A stretch of DNA of 37,448 bases from an uncultured Oscillospiraceae bacterium (GCA_944385645.1 CALWYA010000001.1:1-37448), one strand, 5' to 3'; shown: positions 1-9,021, counted from the stretch's first letter. Program-made: numbers and translations. The notes: generated from the letters alone by a model not told the origin.

Positions 1-10
1 GTATTTTCCA

Positions 11-254
11 ATGGTAAAATGCCGCGAATTTTGGCTTGAAAAAATGGTGAATTTCACCTTTTTGATGAGCCAAAATTTTTATACGCATATATGGACTTGT
101 TTTGGAGCGGAGCGACGCCGATTTTTACCATATTTTTATGCCGCATGACACGGATGGTAAAAATCGTTACAAGGCCTAAAACAATGGTAAATTTCATCTT
201 TTTTCCTCTGGCTGGAAAAATGGTGAAAATCATCTTTTTCCCTCCCGCTGGAAA
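11..254. repeat. Cluster of ATGGT(A/G)AA boxes outside the prophage, with an imperfect ~36-bp tandem duplication
   Basis: ATGGTRAA at 11, 44, 154, 184, 220 and inverted at about 124-131; 184-219 resembles 220-254. Confidence 0.6.
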
Positions 255-277
255 TTCGGGCCGTATCAGCAGAAAAA

Positions 278-308
278 CGGCGGCGGTATCGTGGTGATAC
301 CGCCGCCG
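278..308. terminator. GC-rich hairpin, probable intrinsic terminator (U-run on minus strand)
   Basis: CGGCGGCGGTATC-gtggt-GATACCGCCGCCG, 13-bp perfect stem, preceded by AAAAA. Confidence 0.6.
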
Positions 309-465
309 CGCTTTACCCTGCCTGCTTCTTTTTCCGTGGGCCTCTCGGCTTGGAGGTGGGCCTGCGCTTTACCCCGTTGCGGAAGTAGAGATTTTCGTAT
401 CGCTCGAAGAATACCAAAAATCCGAACCCGTCCCCAATCGGAAACGGATTCGGATTTCGTTGGTT

Positions 466-489
466 TGGTGCGCGAGGCGGGAGTCGAAC
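466..489 (-). other. tRNA 3'-end remnant (T-loop to CCA, probably tRNA-Leu); prophage att core
   Basis: Minus strand reads GTTCGACTCCCGCCTCGCGCACCA; tRNA similarity stops abruptly upstream of GTTCGA; followed by the hairpin AAATCCGAA...TTCGGATTT (418-457). Confidence 0.8.
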
Positions 490-603
490 AAACCTTCTTA
501 CTTTCTCTTGCCTTTTTCCCGAGAAACATGGAGGCAGAATCTAGGTTTTCCCTATCGTTTCGCAACATTTACCTCTGTGTTGTCCCACCAGTTTTTACCG
601 ATC

Positions 604-624
604 AAAGGGAAACCAAAAGGGAAA
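604..624 (+). repeat. Integrase arm-type binding sites, left
   Basis: AAAGGGAAA at 604-612 and 616-624, 12-bp period; same arrangement at 37316-37335. Confidence 0.65.
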
Positions 625-652
625 CCTGCACGCCCAAACCGCACAGCTGAGA

Positions 653-1396
653 TTACTTCACGCCGCGCTCTATCCTTTCTCCCACGGCCGCCAGACTGGT
701 GGCCAGCTCCTGCCGGGTGACAAAGTCCCGGGGCCGCTCGATGGTACCGCCCACATCGGCCATCAGGCCGGCGTCGATAGCCTGGGCGATATAGGGTACC
801 GCCCAGGGGTCGGCCGCTTGGGCTGCCAGCTCCCGGCGGTACCGCTCAAAGTGCCGCACCCACTGCGTATACTCCGGATCCTCATCCGCCTGGGCTTTAC
901 TGGCATAGTCGGGCAGGCAGTACCCTCGGATGTATCGGCCATTGACAGCAATGGTCCGGGAAGCAACTTCCTCACCCTTGTTGCCCTCGATGACGGTGAT
1001 GGTGCCGCTGGTCACCTCCGACACAACACCCACATGGTTGGGTGCGCCGATATTGTCTCCCTGTCCGTCGTCCTCCCAGTCGTACATGATGATGTCGCCG
1101 GGCTGCGGCACATAACCGTCGTCCTCCATCCACCGGCCCTGGGCCTGGTAGAGGGCAATCATCTTGGAACAGGAGCACTCGGGCAGGATGATGTCATGGA
1201 GCCCAGCGGCGATTCCGGCGGCGGTCACGGCGGTGGCACACCATTCGTCGTCGTACTGGACGGCGTATCCCCGGGGCAGAGGGCGCTGGGTGTTGTACAG
1301 GTCGATGATGCCCTGGAATTTTCCGTTGGCCTCGCTATACCCCAGCCACCCCCGCATGACATCTACCAGGCTCTGGCGAAGCTGCGCCTCGTTCAT
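653..1396 (-). CDS. Endolysin: CHAP amidase domain plus C-terminal SLH-like domain
   Basis: WCA, PQPGDII, NHVGVV and IEGN CHAP motifs; C-terminal WAVPYI..AGLM...RPRDFVTRQELA is SLH-like; last gene of the late operon. Confidence 0.88.
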   Translation of the reverse strand: MNEAQLRQSLVDVMRGWLGYSEANGKFQGIIDLYNTQRPLPRGYAVQYDDEWCATAVTAAGIAAGLHDIILPECSCSKMIALYQAQGRWMEDDGYVPQPGDIIMYDWEDDGQGDNIGAPNHVGVVSEVTSGTITVIEGNKGEEVASRTIAVNGRYIRGYCLPDYASKAQADEDPEYTQWVRHFERYRRELAAQAADPWAVPYIAQAIDAGLMADVGGTIERPRDFVTRQELATSLAAVGERIERGVK

Positions 1397-1737
1397 TCCA
1401 CAGCCGCCTCGCCTTCCTGATCCGCCTCCTCGGCGGCTTCCTTCTGGTCGTGGTACTCATCGTCGCGCACCTGCTGTCCAGTGACAATCAGGTCGAACCG
1501 GGCGCGGCTCCCGTCCCGGTAGGCGTCCCACAGGGCCTTCTCATTGCGGCCCAGGACGGAGCGGGCCTCCCGCTCGGTCATGGCCTCGCCGGTGGTGTCC
1601 GAAACGATCCGGGTGTCCCCGTTGGCCTCCATGGCCAGCCGGAGCTCCCCCTGGGTCCGCTCGGGGCTCCACCCCTCGGTCTTGCCCATCCGGGCCTGGA
1701 GGTCGATGTACTTCCACAGATATTCGCTGCACTTCAT
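1393..1737 (-). CDS. Hypothetical protein between holin and endolysin
   Basis: 114 aa, AAAGGAG RBS, GTGA overlap with endolysin start. Confidence 0.7.
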   Translation of the reverse strand: MKCSEYLWKYIDLQARMGKTEGWSPERTQGELRLAMEANGDTRIVSDTTGEAMTEREARSVLGRNEKALWDAYRDGSRARFDLIVTGQQVRDDEYHDQKEAAEEADQEGEAAVE

Positions 1738-1782
1738 AGTTGTGATCTCCTTTCCGAATCTGATGATCTGATAATTAGATTA

Positions 1783-2043
1783 TTACTTGCTCATCTGCTT
1801 GGCCACCTGATTGATGCCCGTGGCCGCCAGGCCGCTCACAATACCCACAGCGACCGCCGTCAGGGGGTCCGCGGCCGGGAAATCGGGCAGGCCTAGGTAG
1901 AGACCCACCCCGCCCAGAAGGCCGCCACACAGGCCCACAATGGCCGGGATGTACTTGTTGTCCAGGCCGGACGCCTTGACGATCAGGCCGATCAGATAGC
2001 AGATCACCGTGATGGCCGCCACGCTCGCAACGCCAAAATCCAT
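1783..2043 (-). CDS. Phage holin
   Basis: 86 aa with three hydrophobic segments, DNKYIPAIV and GIVSGLAATG motifs; upstream of endolysin. Confidence 0.85.
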   Translation of the reverse strand: MDFGVASVAAITVICYLIGLIVKASGLDNKYIPAIVGLCGGLLGGVGLYLGLPDFPAADPLTAVAVGIVSGLAATGINQVAKQMSK

Positions 2044-2047
2044 GGTT

Positions 2048-2359
2048 TCACCTCCCTCCTGTCACCGGGAGCCGCTCCACTTCATCCATCACGGTCTCCA
2101 GGTGTCCGTTTCCTCCCAAGGCCTTATAGGCCCGGTACATGTCCTCCAGGTTCTCCTTGTCCTCCAGAGTGATCCTCTGGTCTTTGATGTAGCACCGTCC
2201 CAGGTACCGCACCCGGTCCACCGTCAGCACCTTAAGGCCCGCAACTACGGCATCCTGCTTGTCCTGCTTGGACCAGCGGCGGTTTAGGATGGCCAGGATG
2301 ATAGCAGTCAACCCGGAGGAACCCAGGCAGGCCAGGGCGATGTTCAAAATCTCATCCAC
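2048..2359 (-). CDS. Holin-associated membrane protein
   Basis: N-terminal TM helix; C-terminal YKALGGNG motif common in Firmicutes phage lysis cassettes. Confidence 0.7.
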   Translation of the reverse strand: MDEILNIALACLGSSGLTAIILAILNRRWSKQDKQDAVVAGLKVLTVDRVRYLGRCYIKDQRITLEDKENLEDMYRAYKALGGNGHLETVMDEVERLPVTGGR

Positions 2360-2844
2360 TACCCCACCACCTCGAAGTACTGCGCCACCAGCTCGTGGGG
2401 CAGGTACTGCAGGACGATCTTACCGCCCTCACTCTCACCGGTGCGGGTGCAGAGATAGATCTGCCCGTCCTCCGGGTCCAGGTAGTACAGGCCATAGGTG
2501 TACTCCATCCCCCGGGCGGCGGTGATGGGATCGTCCTGGGTACCGGTCTCCCCGGGCAGGGACACTGCCGCCCACAGGGCGGGCACCGCATCGGGCGTCC
2601 AGCCCTCGTTGCCGGTGGCATCGTGGGGCTGCACCAGCTTGTAGATCATCCCCTGCCACTGGTAGGGGGTACCCACGGGGACCTGGGTGCAGTCCCGGGC
2701 CCGCCAGGTGGGGATCATGCTCTGCTTGTCCAGGAGCTCCTGAGCATCCGCCTCCCCGGAGACGGCTCGGGCGGCTAGGGCCGCGGCGTCCGCCTTGCCC
2801 CGAGCCTTCAGCTCGTCCTTGGCCATGGTCACGATATCAGCCAT
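2359..2844 (-). CDS. Tail-associated protein with carbohydrate-binding (CBM5/12-like) motifs
   Basis: YKLVQPHD..WTPDAVPALW and GTQDDPI..GMEYTYGLYY motifs; located at the end of the tail module. Confidence 0.6.
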   Translation of the reverse strand: MADIVTMAKDELKARGKADAAALAARAVSGEADAQELLDKQSMIPTWRARDCTQVPVGTPYQWQGMIYKLVQPHDATGNEGWTPDAVPALWAAVSLPGETGTQDDPITAARGMEYTYGLYYLDPEDGQIYLCTRTGESEGGKIVLQYLPHELVAQYFEVVG

Positions 2845-3322
2845 TGCTCTCCACCCCCTCTGTATAGGCGGCCTGTAGCTCCGCCCGGATGCCCTCCGCA
2901 GTGCCGGCGGCCTCCAGCGCCTCGATGGCGGCTGCCTGCTCCTCGATGGTGGCGTCCCGCTCAGCCAGGGCGGTCTCCTGTCCCTGGATGGTTGCCGCCT
3001 GCTGGGCCACCGTGTCCTCCAGCTCGGCCACCTGGGCCTGATAGCCGCTCACATCCCCCATGTACTGCGAGGCCACCTGCAGGGTCACCCGGTAGCTCTT
3101 GGTGGCCATGTCATACTGGATGTCCTCCACCGTGTACCCGTACCCGGCGGGCAAGATACAGCTCCCGGAGATCTCCGGGGCGGCCCAGTTGATGCCCTCG
3201 ATCTGATCCAAGCTCACCTGTGACCGCTCGAATACGGCGAGATATTGGCCATTTTGCGCTCCTCTCATCACCAGCCCACAGGGGACTCCGCCGATGGAGA
3301 GGGAATTACTGTACAGGCTCAT
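2837..3322 (-). CDS. Hypothetical tail-module protein with C-terminal coiled coil
   Basis: 161 aa, GGAGGAG RBS, heptad-like AQVAELEDTVAQQAATI repeats, overlaps next gene. Confidence 0.7.
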   Translation of the reverse strand: MSLYSNSLSIGGVPCGLVMRGAQNGQYLAVFERSQVSLDQIEGINWAAPEISGSCILPAGYGYTVEDIQYDMATKSYRVTLQVASQYMGDVSGYQAQVAELEDTVAQQAATIQGQETALAERDATIEEQAAAIEALEAAGTAEGIRAELQAAYTEGVESNG

Positions 3323-3325
3323 CGC

Positions 3326-3757
3326 CTACTCCTCCTTCCGGGGCTGTTTGCCCCTCATATCCGGCGCCGCGCCGGGATTTGATGTATGCTGGGATGCACC
3401 GAGGAACGGCATCAGCCCCTTGGGCCTCACCCGCCCTGGGCTCCGATACCCCCGCCGGGCGGCCTCCCGGGCCCGCGCCTCCCGAAGTCGTTCTTCCTCG
3501 CTCCGCCCCTCCCGCAGGACGGTCACGCCAGTGAGGGCCCCGGCCTCGTCCACCTGGGGCTCCAGCCAGGGGTAACAGCTCCGGATCACCGCTGCCAGGT
3601 GGTCCGTGGACGGGATGTCCCACCACTCGTCCGGATCGTCCACATCGGCCAGCGTGGCCGTCTGACAGACTGGTTCACTGACGCCGCCCGGCCCTCTACG
3701 ATAGAAACCCTTCCAGATCCGGTCCAGCACCCCCATGGTCCGTTTATGTACCAGCAT
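3326..3757 (-). CDS. Hypothetical protein (possibly tail-fibre assembly-like)
   Basis: 143 aa, tightly packed in the late operon, overlaps the upstream gene. Confidence 0.6.
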   Translation of the reverse strand: MLVHKRTMGVLDRIWKGFYRRGPGGVSEPVCQTATLADVDDPDEWWDIPSTDHLAAVIRSCYPWLEPQVDEAGALTGVTVLREGRSEEERLREARAREAARRGYRSPGRVRPKGLMPFLGASQHTSNPGAAPDMRGKQPRKEE

Positions 3758-4844
3758 GGGTCACCATCCTCTGCAGCTTCACATAGGTCTCCGGGTCCAG
3801 CCGGTCCTTGACGGTGTCCCCAACCGCGATCCCCAGCCGCTTGATGCGGCTGTATGCGGAGCGCACGGTCTTGGGCTTCAGCCCCAGCTCCTGGGCCGCC
3901 TCCTCCGGGCTTATCCCGGCCGCCCGGCGGCGGGCCAGCTCGTAGTTGTATCGGGAGACACCGCCCACGCGCTCGCCCCGGAAGCAGTACCGATAGTAAA
4001 AATACAGGGGCATGCCGGTCTGAAGCGCCAGGGAACACGTGTCCGCCCCCTCCCAGTCCCGGATCTCCGGCCGGGTGACCGGTTCCCCGCTGGGCCCCAG
4101 GCGCCGGATCGTCCGCCCTGCCAGCTGCAAGGTCCGGACCACCGTGGACTGGTCCAGTTCCAGCTTGTCCGCCAGCTCCTGCCGGGTTTTGGGCCACTGG
4201 GATAACACCAGCAGCATCAGCTCCCGCTGCCGGTCGGTGAGAGCCGGGACACGGGCCAGGTACCGGGCCCAGTCAAACCCGCCCTGACCGTCGGCGCACT
4301 CCTCGATCAGCCGCTTGCTGTCCACCCAGGCCTGCATCCGGTCCAGGCCGTTTCGGATGACTCGGGACACCGTGGAGACACCCACACCGTATTGCTCCGC
4401 AATCGTCTCCATGGACAGGCCGTCGTTGTAGTAGGCATCCAGATAGAGCCTCTGCCTCCTAGTCAGCCGCTGGGATCCCTCGGCCATCCACTGCTGCAGC
4501 TGCTCCATGCTCGTCCCAAGCTCCACCGTGTCGCCGGCCTCCACCTGGGCCCAGCTGTGGCCCTCCAGATCGCTCCAAGCGGCGTTTGTACGCTCGAAGA
4601 AGTCGAAGGACATGGCCCCGATGTCCAGTCGCCTGGTCTGTACCCGGCGGTCCTTGCGCTGCTCCGGGGGATCCAGATGGTCGATCTGCACCTGGATGTC
4701 CCGGAGCGCCGCCCGATAGGCGGTGATCTTGGCCTTCAGCGCCGCCCGCTCCTGGGGGGCTGCCCTCTTGGCGGCCTCCTGGTAGTCCCGGACGCGCCCC
4801 TTCAGCTTCGCCGCCTGCTCCCGCAGGTCCTCCAGAGGGGTCAT
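3744..4844 (-). CDS. Multi-HTH DNA-binding protein with three sigma70 region-4/LuxR-like repeats
   Basis: LTRRQR..SMETIAEQYGVGVSTVSRVI, LTDRQR..TRQELADKLELDQSTVVRTL, VSRYNY..SPEEAAQELGLKPKTVRSAY; N-terminal coiled coil; ATGA overlap with upstream gene. Confidence 0.8.
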   Translation of the reverse strand: MTPLEDLREQAAKLKGRVRDYQEAAKRAAPQERAALKAKITAYRAALRDIQVQIDHLDPPEQRKDRRVQTRRLDIGAMSFDFFERTNAAWSDLEGHSWAQVEAGDTVELGTSMEQLQQWMAEGSQRLTRRQRLYLDAYYNDGLSMETIAEQYGVGVSTVSRVIRNGLDRMQAWVDSKRLIEECADGQGGFDWARYLARVPALTDRQRELMLLVLSQWPKTRQELADKLELDQSTVVRTLQLAGRTIRRLGPSGEPVTRPEIRDWEGADTCSLALQTGMPLYFYYRYCFRGERVGGVSRYNYELARRRAAGISPEEAAQELGLKPKTVRSAYSRIKRLGIAVGDTVKDRLDPETYVKLQRMVTHAGT

Positions 4845-5425
4845 GTCCCCGCCTCCCCCTCCAGATGGCAGAAGAAGGAGCTCTCCAGCTCCAGCCAGCT
4901 GTCGAACTGCTCCTCCAGCTGTTCCCAGGTCAGGCCGGCGCTCTCCAGGTCCGCCCAGGTGATGGGCTCGATGATGAACTGCAGGTGGGCCGGCGCCACC
5001 ACCGCCACCGAGGACTGGAGCAGGGCGGCGTCAATGGAAATGAAGCCCGCCGAGGTCCCGTAGAAGCGCAGGGAGAAGGTGTAGTCGGAGAAGTTCTCGG
5101 TCACCTTGCAGTCGTACCCGGTCAGGGCCTTGGCCATGGACTCGATCAGGGCGGCGTTGGCCGTGCCGGCGGCGCACATCTTGGTGGTGATGGCCGCCCG
5201 GCGCTCCTCGGTCGTGGCCCCGGTAGCGGGGGTGACCCCGTACAGCCGCTCGAACTCCGCCAGGGAATCCGTGGCCGTGGGGACATAGAACTGCTTCCAG
5301 AACTCCCTGGCCAGGTCCAGCAGCTCCTGGGCCACCTCACTCATGGACGAGGAGACCCCCTCGGTGTAAGGACTGGCCCGGAGGCGGGCGGGCAGCTCCT
5401 CCAGCTTGTTGGACATATCAGCCAC
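4841..5425 (-). CDS. Baseplate wedge protein (XkdU/DUF2313-like)
   Basis: QFYVPTATDSLAEFERLYG..EERRAAI and PAHL motifs; follows baseplate J. Confidence 0.8.
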   Translation of the reverse strand: MADMSNKLEELPARLRASPYTEGVSSSMSEVAQELLDLAREFWKQFYVPTATDSLAEFERLYGVTPATGATTEERRAAITTKMCAAGTANAALIESMAKALTGYDCKVTENFSDYTFSLRFYGTSAGFISIDAALLQSSVAVVAPAHLQFIIEPITWADLESAGLTWEQLEEQFDSWLELESSFFCHLEGEAGT

Positions 5426-6512
5426 CTCCCGCCGCCGTAATGGTCACGGTCCCCAGCACCGGCACCTGCTCGGCGGTCTTGGTCACATTGGCCGCCGCCC
5501 CGTTCAGGGTCAGAGATGCGTAATCCACCACGCCGGCACAGCTGAGCAGCTGCAGGGCCACCTGGTTATAGCGCACCGGGTCGGTGGTCCCAAAGGGCAG
5601 CTCCTGAAACAGGGCGGCCAGCCGCTCCTCCAGCTCGTCCTCCACTGCCGACGTCAGGGTACCGGCGTCCAGAGTGCACTGGGCCGAAACGGTGATGGTC
5701 AGCGCGGCGGCGGAGGCGGCGGTGATGTCGGCCCCGATGATCCGCCACTCCTCCATCTTCTGCTGGACGGCCTCCACGGTGATCTCATCCAGGGGCTGCT
5801 TGTCGGCGCTGGCCACCACCACCTTGGCGGTACCGGGCCCGTCCCACAGGGGGATGGTCTTGGCCTGACCCACCCCTGGCACCTCCAGGGCCAGCTGCTC
5901 ATAGTAGGCCGGGTTTCCCGAGGCCACCGGCTCGCTGAGCCGGGTGTGGATGCGGCCGTAGTAGGCCGCGTCGCCCTCCGCGTCCGCGCCGCCGGCCCCC
6001 GGCTCCAGGTTGGTCACCTCAGTCACTCCAGGAACTGTGAGCAGGAAGCGGTCGATGGTCCCAGCCTCTACATTGTACTGGCTGCCCGCCTCCTGGGCGA
6101 TGGCCGAGACCGTGGCGGTCCCGTCCTCGATCTGGGCCGCCAGCAGGGTGGCAAACCGCAGGCCGGAGGTGGTCTGCACCACCGTCCCCGCCGGGATCAC
6201 CGCCCCGTCGGAGCCGGAGAAGGTCACCTCCACATAGGCGGTGGCCGCCGGCGTCCGGGTGATGCCGTACTGGGCCCCGAACTTATCCAGATAGGGCCCC
6301 GACTCCTCCCCGGGCACCGCCGCGGCCAGCAGGGTGGCGAACTGCTGCCAGGTCAGATAGAGCCGATAGGCCGCCTCGGAGAACAGCAGGTCGGTATAGG
6401 AGCCCGCCCTGGTGTCCACATCCAGGCCCTGGGCGGCCAGCTTGGCCACCATCTCGCTCTTGATGCTCTCCGGGCTGACATCCTGGGAAAACACACTAAA
6501 GTCCAGCGACAT
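5418..6512 (-). CDS. Baseplate J/gp47-like protein (XkdT-like)
   Basis: YLDKFGAQYGITR, GSQYNV, GGADAE, SGN..YEQLALEVPGV, PLWDGPGT motifs; start moved to ATG 6512 (MSLDF) with GGAGGTG RBS. Confidence 0.9.
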   Translation of the reverse strand: MSLDFSVFSQDVSPESIKSEMVAKLAAQGLDVDTRAGSYTDLLFSEAAYRLYLTWQQFATLLAAAVPGEESGPYLDKFGAQYGITRTPAATAYVEVTFSGSDGAVIPAGTVVQTTSGLRFATLLAAQIEDGTATVSAIAQEAGSQYNVEAGTIDRFLLTVPGVTEVTNLEPGAGGADAEGDAAYYGRIHTRLSEPVASGNPAYYEQLALEVPGVGQAKTIPLWDGPGTAKVVVASADKQPLDEITVEAVQQKMEEWRIIGADITAASAAALTITVSAQCTLDAGTLTSAVEDELEERLAALFQELPFGTTDPVRYNQVALQLLSCAGVVDYASLTLNGAAANVTKTAEQVPVLGTVTITAAGGG

Positions 6513-6933
6513 CCAGATCCACCTCCCCGTAAATGGTATCCACCGCGCAGGCCACCCGGAGGGTGGAGCCGTCCAGCTCCGCCTGGATCTGCCGCACATC
6601 CGTGATGTAGGGGTTGACCACCAGCGCCTCCTTCAGGTACCGGGCCGCCTCCGACTCCTTGACCTCCGGCGAGAAGGGACGGCCGGTGAGGGCCTGGATC
6701 TCGTTGCCCCAGTTCGGATCAAAGATGTCCACCTCCCGGCGGGCGGTCTTGATGGTGTTGTATATCCAGGTGGTCACGGCCTCCCGGCCGGTCACCCAAT
6801 AGGGGGAGCCCCGCCGCCAGATGGGTAGGTCCGCCTCAAAGTCCCAGGCGACCTCCCGGTAGAGGGGCAGGGCGGCCGCCGCGCCCGAGCTGTCCTGGGC
6901 TGGGGCCGCGATCAAGGGAAAGAGGGACGCCAT
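6496..6933 (-). CDS. Baseplate protein (XkdS/DUF2634-like)
   Basis: YREVAWDFE, EALVVNPYI and TIYGEV motifs; synteny. Confidence 0.85.
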   Translation of the reverse strand: MASLFPLIAAPAQDSSGAAAALPLYREVAWDFEADLPIWRRGSPYWVTGREAVTTWIYNTIKTARREVDIFDPNWGNEIQALTGRPFSPEVKESEAARYLKEALVVNPYITDVRQIQAELDGSTLRVACAVDTIYGEVDLDVAGL

Positions 6934-6937
6934 AGTC

Positions 6938-7384
6938 TCACCACCTCACAAATTTGCACATCACATAATAGGTCTGTCCGTCCTGGGATTTCAGCAGCAG
7001 GACCGGGTCGCCGGCCGCCAGCCGGGCGGTGTGGGTGGCCGAATCCTCGTCCGTGGTCACCCCCTCCACCGTCTCCGGCGGTCGGGTGACTTGAGCCGTG
7101 CCGGTAACTCTGGTCCCGGATATGATCACCTCACAGGTCCCGTGAAATGTGGCCTCCGGCAGACTGGCGGTCAGCGGCCAGGACAGCCCCGTCAGCTGCT
7201 CGGTCCAGCCCTCGGTCAGATACTCCGCCACATATAGCTCGTCCTGGTCCAGGTCCATGCCGTCCGCCCGGATCACCAGGCGGCCCGACCCGGCCTCCCG
7301 CACGGTCCCCAGGCAGAAGGGCCAGGTGACCGCGCTCTTGGCCCGGCCGTCCATCTCGGACAGGATGCCGGCAAATGGGTCCAT
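6938..7384 (-). CDS. Baseplate spike-like protein (XkdR/DUF2577-like)
   Basis: C-terminal LAAGDPVLLL..DGQTYYV motif; synteny. Confidence 0.75.
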   Translation of the reverse strand: MDPFAGILSEMDGRAKSAVTWPFCLGTVREAGSGRLVIRADGMDLDQDELYVAEYLTEGWTEQLTGLSWPLTASLPEATFHGTCEVIISGTRVTGTAQVTRPPETVEGVTTDEDSATHTARLAAGDPVLLLKSQDGQTYYVMCKFVRW

Positions 7385-8367
7385 TACAGCTCACCTCCCT
7401 GTTCGCTCTCATACATCAGATTCCGCAGATTCAGGGTCAGGGTGACGGTGTGGACCCCGTCCTTCCACACATGGGTGTCGCTGTCGATCCACATCAGCCC
7501 GGACAGACCGGTGAGGGGCTGCCGGACCACCACGGTGGCCCCGGTGATCAGTTTGCAGTCCCCCATGCACTCCACCGTCACGCTCTGGGACAGCCCTCCG
7601 GCCGCCAGCATGGCCTGGGCCTCCTGCTGGGGGTCCTCCCCTTCCCGCTGGGTGATGTGTCGCTCCAGCAGGCCGTAAAGGGCCACAGCGGCCTCGTCCC
7701 GGACGGTGGTCAGCCGCGCGCCGTCCCGGTCGTAGACGCCCACGCTGTTGACCATGTCCTGGATGGACCGGGTGGTGCTGGACTGCAGCAGATTGCTGTA
7801 CGGCCGGATCACTAGGCTGCGCTCGCTCTCGCTGCGCTCCAGCACCGTCAGCCTGTCCCAGTCGAAGCGGGCCAGGTACTGCTTCCCCGTCCGCCGGCTG
7901 GCCAGGGTGTAGAGGGTGGTCACGATCCCCCACAGGGGGACGCCGGCGAATTTCCGATCCAGAGCGACCCCCGTATAGGCCAGCTCCCCCGTCTCGATGC
8001 CGTACTCCCGGCACAGCCGGGCCACCGCGCTCTCCGCCGGCTCCTGCCGCACCTGGAGGGTGCCGTCATTGCCCGCCAGGTACATCCCCCGGTCGTGGCT
8101 GGTGACCGTCACATAGGGAGTGTTGTCCGCCATCTGGGTGGCGGTCACCACCCCCTGGTAGACGCCGGCCCCGTTGTCGTCCCACAGGCTGACGATGGTA
8201 CCCTCCTCGCAGGTCACCGCCGGCAGATAGGGGTCGGCCTCATTGGCCGCCAGCCGGAAGGACAGGGTGCGGGCCGCCTGCCGCTTGTCCCCCTTCCAGG
8301 TGACGCCGCTGACCAAGCCCCAGGCGTTCTCCACGGTCTGGCTCCCGTGGGTGAGTTTCAGGATCAT
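7384..8367 (-). CDS. Baseplate hub protein (XkdQ/YqbQ-like)
   Basis: TWKGDKRQAARTLSF, YGLL, TGLSG.MWIDSDTHVW motifs; synteny. Confidence 0.88.
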   Translation of the reverse strand: MILKLTHGSQTVENAWGLVSGVTWKGDKRQAARTLSFRLAANEADPYLPAVTCEEGTIVSLWDDNGAGVYQGVVTATQMADNTPYVTVTSHDRGMYLAGNDGTLQVRQEPAESAVARLCREYGIETGELAYTGVALDRKFAGVPLWGIVTTLYTLASRRTGKQYLARFDWDRLTVLERSESERSLVIRPYSNLLQSSTTRSIQDMVNSVGVYDRDGARLTTVRDEAAVALYGLLERHITQREGEDPQQEAQAMLAAGGLSQSVTVECMGDCKLITGATVVVRQPLTGLSGLMWIDSDTHVWKDGVHTVTLTLNLRNLMYESEQGGEL

Positions 8368-8376
8368 CGATACACC

Positions 8377-9021
8377 TCACAGTCCCATCTGGTCCTTGGG
8401 CGGGATGGTGAGCACCTGCCCGGGCCAAATCAGATGGGGGTTGGAGATCCCGTTGTACCGGGCCAGGGCGTTATAGCAGGCCGCCGAGCCGTCGCCGTAG
8501 TAGCGCCGGCAGATCACCGACAGGCAGTCCCCCTCCACCACGGTATAGCTCTGGTACTGCTGCTCCACCTCCATCTCCGCCCGGCCGGCGGTGGCCGCGG
8601 CGGAGGCTTGGGAGGTCACCGCTTCCAGGGCCGGCGACTCGGCCAGGTACAAAGTGGCGTACACATCCCCGGAGCCGTCCCGCTCCTCATAGGTCAGCTC
8701 CTCCAGCACCACCCGGGCGTTGATCACCCCGGGCACCACATACCGCACGATCTTCTTGGCCCGTATCCACCGGTCGAATATCTCGATGTAGTGGTAGGGG
8801 TCCAGCACCGCGCCGGAATTGCAGAAGGGATAGTTGTGGGCCGGCAACAAGAAGGACAGGGAGCCCCGCCGGGCGGCCGGGTCGCCGGGCAGATAGAGGG
8901 TGCCGGTCCCGTTGACGGTCAACTCCCGGGGACTGCTGCCGGTACCCCAGCCGAAGGGGACGGGGGAGACGGGCAGCTGCAGCTCCTCCCCGTCGGCCAA
9001 GAAGGAAAAGGTCAGAGTCAT
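8377..9021 (-). CDS. LysM-domain tail protein (XkdP-like)
   Basis: C-terminal YTVVEGDCLSVICRRYYG..NPHLIWPGQVLTIP; LPVSP at the N-terminus. Confidence 0.9.
   Translation of the reverse strand: MTLTFSFLADGEELQLPVSPVPFGWGTGSSPRELTVNGTGTLYLPGDPAARRGSLSFLLPAHNYPFCNSGAVLDPYHYIEIFDRWIRAKKIVRYVVPGVINARVVLEELTYEERDGSGDVYATLYLAESPALEAVTSQASAAATAGRAEMEVEQQYQSYTVVEGDCLSVICRRYYGDGSAACYNALARYNGISNPHLIWPGQVLTIPPKDQMGL

Noticed and set aside
11-254. Possible CRISPR array
   Set aside because: Repeats are short, degenerate, irregularly spaced and in both orientations; no cas genes
466-489. Intact tRNA gene
   Set aside because: Only the T-loop to CCA portion is present; no D or anticodon arm
91-720. ORFs at 91-297, 266-568, 291-650 and 460-720
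   Set aside because: They overlap repeats, terminators and the att site and have no protein-like features
2359-5425. Diversity-generating retroelement or tail-fibre shufflon as target of the second recombinase
   Set aside because: No reverse transcriptase, no TR/VR pair, no inverted fibre cassettes or repeated crossover sites seen
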